Below, one piece after another: positions 41,061 through 48,389 of a stretch of DNA of 64,000 nucleotides. The stretch comes from an uncultured virus (IMG/VR IMGVR_UViG_3300030102_002633). Lineage: Duplodnaviria; Heunggongvirae; Uroviricota; Caudoviricetes. The notes under the pieces were generated by a model. That model was not told the DNA's origin. It searched no databases and saw only the letters and a program-made list of their open reading frames with translations. Positions within the stretch are counted from its first letter, which is position 1. Each line of letters begins with the position of its first letter. The translations under genes and the position numbers were made by a program. The stretch lies in IMG/VR virus record IMGVR_UViG_3300030102_002633; one strand, written 5' to 3'.

Positions 41061-41825
41061 ATGAGCGTAAAGTACGAACAGAAAGCAACATACCAATACA
41101 GCGAAGAGAAGTTTACCGACAAAGCATTTTGCAAAGTCGCTAAGAAGTTAATGGACAATGGGATAACCTTAGTCGGTTATCATTATCATTCTGGGAAGCC
41201 GGAAGTAGTCTATGGGCGAATTGAACAAGAAGTAGTTGATACCCATTACGAAATAAGCGTAGACGGCAAACCTGCCTTCACTACTACATACCGTACAATG
41301 GCAAACGAGATAGTAGACGAAATGAAGACTAATGGTTTTGATGCTGAGTCCTCTGAAGTTAGCACCACTAAGAAGAGTATGGCTTGGCAGAAGCCAAAAG
41401 GTTCTAGGATGTATATAGACTTAGATGGCTTAGAGGGTGATTTATCATACAATAAGGCAGAATTGCGATATGACATCGTACACCCTAGAAATGACGGTAT
41501 GGAAGATGACGTTGCAACAGTTGAATTTGAGCCTAGACTCATTAACTCAACTGACGGCGTTACACTGAAGTTCAAAACCACTCTAAGTTTAGATAGAGTT
41601 CTAAGGTCTGATAGAGTAAAGCCTTCTATGGTGGATGCTACTCTAAAGGACTTCGGTAGAATCAAGCATTTGGTTGAAGATGCGTTGGGTATCACTAATG
41701 CCATAACGACAGATTGTACCTTTGAGGTTATCACTCAATCTGAATCTGAGTGTTCACCCGATATCATTCGTCAAAGGCAAGAAGCGACTAATTCAGCACG
41801 TAATGCCTCACAAGAAGAAGAGTGA
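41061..41825 (+). CDS. Hypothetical protein
   Basis: 254 aa between dyad copies 7 and 8. Confidence 0.75.
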   Translation: MSVKYEQKATYQYSEEKFTDKAFCKVAKKLMDNGITLVGYHYHSGKPEVVYGRIEQEVVDTHYEISVDGKPAFTTTYRTMANEIVDEMKTNGFDAESSEVSTTKKSMAWQKPKGSRMYIDLDGLEGDLSYNKAELRYDIVHPRNDGMEDDVATVEFEPRLINSTDGVTLKFKTTLSLDRVLRSDRVKPSMVDATLKDFGRIKHLVEDALGITNAITTDCTFEVITQSESECSPDIIRQRQEATNSARNASQEEE

Positions 41826-41867
41826 ACGTAAACCCATTGTCCCGAAAGGGGCTTTGTGGTCGTTTAT

Positions 41868-41890
41868 ACAAAGTTATCCAACCATATGCT
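41868..41890. repeat. Dyad motif copy 8 (left arm + 1-mismatch core)
   Basis: ACAAAGT-tatcca-ACCATATGCT. Confidence 0.75.
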
Positions 41891-41965
41891 TTGCATTGCA
41901 AAATTTTTTTGTTTCATTGTTTCTATTACCCAAAGTTAATTTGTATAACCTCTTAGCGACCACCA

Positions 41966-42193
41966 ATGACCGATGAGGCTGTTATTTTAGAACTGGTAAA
42001 AAACGCCAATACAATACTGACCTCAATACGAGAAGAAATTGACAACATAAAGGCTCAAGGGAAGTTAGAACCTTCTTTGGATAAGAAACTGGTTGCAATA
42101 AAAACCGCTACAAAACAACTTGCTAGTGAGATATTAAACAAGGTATTCAGGCAAACACGCTTAACAGATTATGAGGGTTTTGACGCTAAATGA
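41966..42193 (+). CDS. Small helical hypothetical protein
   Basis: 75 aa, TATA-like sequence about 22 nt upstream; C-terminal QTRLTDY resembles a PIP box. Confidence 0.6.
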   Translation: MTDEAVILELVKNANTILTSIREEIDNIKAQGKLEPSLDKKLVAIKTATKQLASEILNKVFRQTRLTDYEGFDAK

Positions 42194-42211
42194 TTTTTAT
42201 TCTGGTTATAG

Positions 42212-43402
42212 GTGAAAAAGATGCGAAAAAATTTTGCTAGTCCCAAAAAAATTCCAGCCCATTTTTTGAAAAAAGACGGGGTAGAATCTTTTGACCTACA
42301 AAAAGCGTATCCCAAACTAGAAGCATTGAGGAGAACTGTTGATGAAGTCATACAAAAAAGGCCGGATTCTGTTAACTTAGGTTTAGATGAGTTTATTGAG
42401 TTGATGAAAGAACCATTTGTCAGAATATATAGCACAACTTTAGCGATGGATAAACAAAACATTGCTACTTATGATAAAGAAAATCGTAAAGCAAGAAGAT
42501 TGACTTTTGATGAGTATGGAGAAAAAGGCTATAATCGTAGAAGACGGTTTACGAGTATGGCAGAGAGGGAAGCGAGTAAGTTACACAATAACAGAACAAC
42601 GGTGGCTAACATACTACGAAACTTAGGAGTAAGAAAAAGTTGGTTTGACGTACTTCACAAGATGGATGAGTCCGATAGTTGGCTTGACATTCTAANNNNN
42701 NNNNNCAAAAAAATTCCAGCCCATTTTTTGAAAAAAGACGGGGTAGAATCTTTTGACCTATGGTTTGACGTACTTCACAAGATGGATGAGTCCGATAGTT
42801 GGCTTGACATTCTAAAACTATCAAGTTCAGATGGTTCTGTTGCAGGTATGCCTAACTTCATTAGATTCTCAAACAAAATATTTCAAGATGACAAAGAAGG
42901 TACATCTGCACCTAACGGGGCTATGTTTCAAACTAACAATGGAACAGTCGTTATTGTCCGACCACATTTTGACGCACAACAGAAGTTTAGTAGAGTTGGC
43001 AATCATAGGGATTACCCGTTGAAAGATGTTATTTTAGGAATAGACAATAATGTTCAAGGTCTTGGTAATTACACTTCCTTCGTTTCAGCAGGTAAGAAAA
43101 ACCAAGCAGGTGAAGGAAATGTTGACGCTACTCTGAATTATACAATTCAAGGAATAACAAGACCGATGACAGGTTCTAACTTGTTGAATAGAAGTGTTGC
43201 TCAGTTTATGATTGAAGTTTATCCTAAAGAAGATTTGAGTGCTTTTTCGACTGCTAGAAAAGTCATAATATTAAATTCAGTTCATGGATTCAAAGAATAC
43301 AAAAAACAAGGTAATGTTAATTTTAGAAACATATGGCCTGAAACTTGGCAAGATAATGAACAACTACAAGATAGGCAAAAGCGTTTAGGTGATAAGAAAT
43401 GA
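42212..43402 (+). CDS. Hypothetical protein spanning an assembly gap
   Basis: N10 at 42696-42705 with duplicated 55-mers; internal WFDVLHK and WLDILK motifs. Confidence 0.5.
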   Translation: MKKMRKNFASPKKIPAHFLKKDGVESFDLQKAYPKLEALRRTVDEVIQKRPDSVNLGLDEFIELMKEPFVRIYSTTLAMDKQNIATYDKENRKARRLTFDEYGEKGYNRRRRFTSMAEREASKLHNNRTTVANILRNLGVRKSWFDVLHKMDESDSWLDILXXXXKKIPAHFLKKDGVESFDLWFDVLHKMDESDSWLDILKLSSSDGSVAGMPNFIRFSNKIFQDDKEGTSAPNGAMFQTNNGTVVIVRPHFDAQQKFSRVGNHRDYPLKDVILGIDNNVQGLGNYTSFVSAGKKNQAGEGNVDATLNYTIQGITRPMTGSNLLNRSVAQFMIEVYPKEDLSAFSTARKVIILNSVHGFKEYKKQGNVNFRNIWPETWQDNEQLQDRQKRLGDKK

Positions 43403-43928
43403 AACAGTGGCTAATTAGAAAGATGATTGCATTAATGGGTAACACGTATGTTTGGTTAGATAAACAACTTGTTCATCCTACTGGCCCTGTTCTCGGTTTA
43501 GAGATTGATGATGACTTTGCACAGATGAGCAGGTATGAGTTATGTTGTCACATTGAGGATAAGTTCGGGTTAGAGAGAGATTCTTTTTGGAAGTTGGAGT
43601 CAACACAGAAGATTAGGTTCTGTTGTCAGACTGCTAGGAACATACTTACGCCAAAGAAGAGGAAGAAGAAATGAGTAACTTAAGCAAGTTTGATAGTCTT
43701 CATCATAGTGCGACTATGCAGGGTTCACTAAGCACCGATGATGATTCTTGGTTTAACATACTAAGAATGGGAGGAGCGGTAACGTCAACCTCAAGCGGTA
43801 CATCGGCATTATTCAACAATAAAACGGGAGGGGGAAAAAGACGTGGTAAAAAGAAAAAGAGTCTCAAAAGACAAAGGTATCAAGACGAAACTACCAGACG
43901 GGACAGACGCTACAATCAACGTAAGTAA
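43399..43928 (+). CDS. Two small hypothetical genes (43399-43674, 43671-43928)
   Basis: ATGA coupling; the second has SWFNILR and a basic tail. Confidence 0.6.
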
Positions 43929-44955
43929 GAGGTCTTTCGGACAGGCTTTCCAAGAGTGGGAAAGAAAGGCCAGTGGACTTGCAGGTGATTCAATCGGGAT
44001 GATTAGTCCTGAAGCCAGTAACATGAGTTTACTCGATGTAGTGAAAGAACAAGGTGTAACTGGAAGAATCAAGGGAAAGACTGGAAGTAAGATAAAGGGC
44101 AAAGGTGGAGTTGCTATCTTCAAGGCGTTGAAGACTATCTTCAATAAACCTGATATGTCCAAAGCACAGTTACCTGCTTTGAAAGCATTAGACAAACTAA
44201 TGGATGGAATTCAGGGAACTTCTGTTGACCCTCGTAATATTGTATTCTCTAATCCAGTGGATTGGTCAGAAGACACTGGGAGAGTATTAGATACTGAACC
44301 TGTTTATGGTCATTATAGAACAGATGAATATGAAACTGTTAGAGATTTGAAAGACGAGGATGTTCCCGCAGTTTCATCTGAATGGTATAATGATTCTAAG
44401 AATGCTGCCACACCACCATTTTGGCAAGCACTTTATGGTAAAGGAACTAATGCTCCTTTCAATTCTCCAAGTCTACATATGATAATTAAACAGGCTATCA
44501 AAGATATTGAAGATGCCCCAATAATTATCAACAAGGATAACCCTGTTCCCATTGAGGGTAAGAAGGCTGCAACTACTGCCCTCACAATTTCTGTATTGAG
44601 AGCCATAGTGGAAACAGAGTTGAATAGCGGAACAGAGGGTAAGTCATTTCCTGATAGTAAAGTTAGAAGATTAATTGTAGGACAGGCTCAAGACATAAAG
44701 AATGAGAAAGAGTCAGATGCGGTTGAGAGTCTTAAGAGAATAAATGTTCCAAATGATATTGAGGAATGTTGGTTCAAGTTATCAAGAAGACAAGTTAAGT
44801 TGATGGCGTTTGAACTTGCTAAGAGGAAGGGCATAAAGATGCACTTCAAACAAGCAAGTGGAGATGTTGCGAGAAGCCCATTGGTTTTCGGAGAAAGACC
44901 TGACCCTGATACAGAAAAGAAATCTCTTGATTGGAAAGAGATGTTAGCGAGGTGA
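43843..44955 (+). CDS. Hypothetical protein
   Basis: 370 aa; C-terminal LDWKEML. Confidence 0.7.
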   Translation: MVKRKRVSKDKGIKTKLPDGTDATINVSKRSFGQAFQEWERKASGLAGDSIGMISPEASNMSLLDVVKEQGVTGRIKGKTGSKIKGKGGVAIFKALKTIFNKPDMSKAQLPALKALDKLMDGIQGTSVDPRNIVFSNPVDWSEDTGRVLDTEPVYGHYRTDEYETVRDLKDEDVPAVSSEWYNDSKNAATPPFWQALYGKGTNAPFNSPSLHMIIKQAIKDIEDAPIIINKDNPVPIEGKKAATTALTISVLRAIVETELNSGTEGKSFPDSKVRRLIVGQAQDIKNEKESDAVESLKRINVPNDIEECWFKLSRRQVKLMAFELAKRKGIKMHFKQASGDVARSPLVFGERPDPDTEKKSLDWKEMLAR

Positions 44956-45156
44956 TTAGTGTTGAAGTGTTGTAAGATGGAAATTTCATTTGATAATTGT
45001 TCTAATACAATGTGTCCTTATTGTGGGAATTACATAGAGAGGTGAGAGTTTGTTTTTGGGAGTCTGTTGTTTTTGTTTGGCGGTAACTCCCTTTGAGTCA
45101 TCAACGTCTTCCGGTGATTTTTGCGTTAGATGTGGAACATACGAGGGGGCGTTATC

Positions 45157-45816
45157 TTGACTGTAACAAGAAAGAGATGTCGTCTTTGTATGCACGAAGA
45201 CAGAGAAATCTTTGAGAGGGATTTGGAGAGTATGCACATTCACCCTGATGACTTGGATAGTAGGATGAACTGGCCTAGTGGGACATCTGCCAAACATCAG
45301 AGAAATCATATGGGCGGTTATGCTGATGCTTCTAATCCCAAGTGTGCATTATGTGTTTATGAGAATCGTTCAGAAATTGAACAGGAATTGTATTCGGGAG
45401 ATATGACTCCTGAACTTGCCGCCAAGATAGTTGGTTGTTCAAAGGAACAAGTAGTTAGACACATCAAGAAACATACACAACCATTGGTGCAAAAAGCGGC
45501 GGCACAAATATTGGCGACAAAGGAAGTCAATGAGATTGATACTCTAAGTGGTAACATCACTAACCTTGAGAGAAAGTTAGAGGCATTGTTTGAGATAGAG
45601 GATTTAGACCACAAATCAATTGATTCACTGACAAAGTTAGCAAAGGAAGTGAGAGAGTCGCTAAAGTATCTAATGGAGTTCAAGGGTAAACTCGTTCACA
45701 GAAGGCAAGACACAATCATCGTTCATCAGATGCAGATTATCAAAGAAGTGTTAGCACAGAATCATCCCGAAGTTTGGTTAGATGTTAGAAAGCAAATGGA
45801 GGATAAGTTACAATGA
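45157..45816 (+). CDS. Tandem CxxC...HxxxH Zn/HTH protein with coiled coil; candidate terminase small subunit
   Basis: CRLC...HQRNH and CALC...HIKKH; TTG start after GAGGGG; upstream of the terminase. Confidence 0.5.
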   Translation: MTVTRKRCRLCMHEDREIFERDLESMHIHPDDLDSRMNWPSGTSAKHQRNHMGGYADASNPKCALCVYENRSEIEQELYSGDMTPELAAKIVGCSKEQVVRHIKKHTQPLVQKAAAQILATKEVNEIDTLSGNITNLERKLEALFEIEDLDHKSIDSLTKLAKEVRESLKYLMEFKGKLVHRRQDTIIVHQMQIIKEVLAQNHPEVWLDVRKQMEDKLQ

Positions 45817-45962
45817 CTTGGTTTGATATCATTAAAAGAACTGGTAAATCAAAAGGAACTGGTTTACGAGGTAGAGGATACAAGCCTCCTAAAGATTCAA
45901 CTTCAAGAAGAAAAGAAGATGAGAAGGAGATTTTAGACCCTGAATTGGAGGAGTTACAATGA
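45813..45962 (+). CDS. 49 aa W-tag protein (MTWFDIIK; not in ORF track)
   Basis: ATGA-coupled at both ends. Confidence 0.65.
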   Translation: MTWFDIIKRTGKSKGTGLRGRGYKPPKDSTSRRKEDEKEILDPELEELQ

Positions 45963-46282
45963 GTTGGAAAAATCAGTTGAAAAAAACAATAGCAACTGCT
46001 ACTCGCTCAGCAGAACTTTGGGTTATGAATGAAGAACCTGTTTATCGAGAAGTATTGGCTAAAATAAAATCATTGGTTAAAAGCGGGTATGATAAAGAAG
46101 AGACTATTGAGCAACTAGCAAATTGGCTTCCTAGTATAATGATTCACATGGAAGGTTTCATGGAAGAATTAGAAAGAGAAGATTGGGATGGTTCAGTTGA
46201 TTCTCTTAATGATGTAGATTGGGAAGAAGTGGCTAGTAATTACGATGAGGATATTGATACTATCCTTGAAGACTATGCTTAA
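45959..46282 (+). CDS. W-tag hypothetical protein (MSWKNQLK)
   Basis: Acidic, 107 aa. Confidence 0.7.
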   Translation: MSWKNQLKKTIATATRSAELWVMNEEPVYREVLAKIKSLVKSGYDKEETIEQLANWLPSIMIHMEGFMEELEREDWDGSVDSLNDVDWEEVASNYDEDIDTILEDYA

Positions 46283-46295
46283 GGGAGAGATTAAA

Positions 46296-46586
46296 ATGAG
46301 TTGGAAAAACGTAGTGAAACAACTTGATGAGAAAATAAAGGTAGGTGATATTGTGAAGACCAAGAAGGGAGGACTTCTAGGTAGCAACGTAACGTTGAGA
46401 GAAGGAAAAATCACCAGTATATCAATCGCTATGGAGAAGAATGACAGAGCGGGTGAGTATGATTCTGCTGTTGATGTTCAAGAGTATGACCTTTCTTTGG
46501 GGTATCAAGGAACTATATCATACACATCTGAAACTGAAGGAGATGTATGGGCATACCTTGACCAAATATATGAGGTGGTCAAATGA
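46296..46586 (+). CDS. W-tag hypothetical protein (MSWKNVVK), SH3/KOW-like
   Basis: IKVGDIV motif; GGGAG RBS. Confidence 0.7.
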   Translation: MSWKNVVKQLDEKIKVGDIVKTKKGGLLGSNVTLREGKITSISIAMEKNDRAGEYDSAVDVQEYDLSLGYQGTISYTSETEGDVWAYLDQIYEVVK

Positions 46587-48385
46587 GTTGGTCAAAGGTT
46601 CTAAAGAAAAAGAAGACTCTTCGGCAGAAGGTTCACGAAGCCTCCAAGCGTGGTAACTTCGATGAACTTCTTGAAAACCATAAACCCGCACAATTGCGTA
46701 GAGCGGTAAACACATTAGTAGACGATGGTATGAAGGAAGAAAGGTTTCAGCCTTTGTTGGATAAACTTGGAAAACCGTTTAAGGTGGATGGTAAAAGAAA
46801 CCCTGAATATGAAGACCCTAATACTAAGGAAATAGAAATGTATGAATCTTTCATGAAGGGTAATCACGAAGAATTAGTTGAGTTCTTGAATGATGGAACT
46901 GATGGAAATAAAAGAGTTAAGATTTCACGCTTGATAAAATGGAACTCTGAGAACGGAGATGCACTTCTGAAATACGTCAAGGATAAACCCGAACTCTATG
47001 GCTACATCACTAAGGACATAACACTCACACTACCAAATAACTTTGATAGAGATATCTTGGATGATTACCAATTTGTAATGGAGAGAGATATCAAGGTAAC
47101 TTTACCTGATTTCCTAACAATAGAACAAGGAAAGGCACTTGCAGGTGGTCAGCCATCACAACCAATTGAGAGAACTGCTTTTGCTAGAATCTTCAAAGCC
47201 CCTAAATACAAGGATAAGATTGTAGCAACTTCTGTTAAGTTAGAGGCAAGCACAATTGATGGTGAGTTTGCAGCAGATTATCTGAACATGGTTGTAACAA
47301 ATCTACGTGGTAATACAAGAGAACCATTCATGCCTACATTTTCAGTATCAGAAGCCCCTTCTTCGGGACAAATCAGAGAAGCACAAAAGTTGTTCTTCGG
47401 TGCTAAAACTGGTGGAGGCACAAGTAGGATGTATCCCGCAATGGAGTATATTCTAAGAAATGAGAAGTTGGACTTGGATGTTGGTTTTGTTAGAACTCAA
47501 ACTAAGGAAACGCTACAAGAAGTGGAGTTGGCTAATAAGTTTCAAAGGGCAGAGATAGACGATAAGGAATTGAATAAGTTATACAATAAGTTCGTTAAGA
47601 CCAAGACTGATGAGGATGGTAATGTAACAAATGTTACAGGTTATTCTAAGTTCAAACAGGCGGTTATTGATGCAGGGCTTGAAGACGACTATAACAAGTT
47701 CTTGAAAGAAACCCAAGTCAGACGCTATACTCTACCTGTTGAAGTTAGAGATGCTTTAGTTGCTATGATTGATAATGAAGCAGATGAAAAACAAGTTAGA
47801 TTGGTGAAGTCTAAGTTAGGACATCTATTCTCAAAGGTTGGATTCAAGCGTTCAGTTAGAGAAATGCGTAAGAAGAAGGTAAATTACGGCGACCCTGATA
47901 AAATAAAAGAGGCTCTACTTTCTATGGAAGAGAAAGCAGAAGGAACTGTTTCTATAACAGACAAACTATTTCTTGAGAGAGTTAACTTCCTATTCGATGA
48001 TGTAGACCAAGACCCATTGGGTAATTTCCTTTCAGGAATGGATAGTAGTGGTAAGTTTAGATTGAAGGATATGCAACTTTCTTCTAAGCAGGTTCTACAA
48101 TTCTCAGACTTATTGGTTATGGTTCTACAACTATCGAGAAAAATGTTGAGAGATTCTAAGTTGCAAATGTCCTTGAAGAAATTACTTAGGGAAACAGATG
48201 CTAAGAAAAAGAAAGAAGCAGAAGACGAGTTTAAGACAAAACTATCAGATTCATATTCTAAAATACATAAAGGTGTATTAGACGCAATAAGAAGAAAGAT
48301 GGTGCAAGTGATGGAAGAACCACTACTACATAATAAGTCAGGAGCAATTCAACCATACGATTGGATTAACGAGAACAGGAGTTGA
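46583..48385 (+). CDS. Large W-tag hypothetical protein (MSWSKVLK)
   Basis: 600 aa, charged and helical. Confidence 0.75.
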   Translation: MSWSKVLKKKKTLRQKVHEASKRGNFDELLENHKPAQLRRAVNTLVDDGMKEERFQPLLDKLGKPFKVDGKRNPEYEDPNTKEIEMYESFMKGNHEELVEFLNDGTDGNKRVKISRLIKWNSENGDALLKYVKDKPELYGYITKDITLTLPNNFDRDILDDYQFVMERDIKVTLPDFLTIEQGKALAGGQPSQPIERTAFARIFKAPKYKDKIVATSVKLEASTIDGEFAADYLNMVVTNLRGNTREPFMPTFSVSEAPSSGQIREAQKLFFGAKTGGGTSRMYPAMEYILRNEKLDLDVGFVRTQTKETLQEVELANKFQRAEIDDKELNKLYNKFVKTKTDEDGNVTNVTGYSKFKQAVIDAGLEDDYNKFLKETQVRRYTLPVEVRDALVAMIDNEADEKQVRLVKSKLGHLFSKVGFKRSVREMRKKKVNYGDPDKIKEALLSMEEKAEGTVSITDKLFLERVNFLFDDVDQDPLGNFLSGMDSSGKFRLKDMQLSSKQVLQFSDLLVMVLQLSRKMLRDSKLQMSLKKLLRETDAKKKKEAEDEFKTKLSDSYSKIHKGVLDAIRRKMVQVMEEPLLHNKSGAIQPYDWINENRS

Positions 48386-48389
48386 GCAA

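Noticed and set aside
36714..41890. CRISPR array interpretation of the ACCATATGGT repeats
   Set aside because: Spacing is irregular (100-1600 bp), the intervals contain genes, and no cas operon is present
42696..42815. Genuine tandem duplication in the 42212 gene
   Set aside because: Exact 55-mers next to N10 indicate an assembler artefact; treated as an allelic bubble
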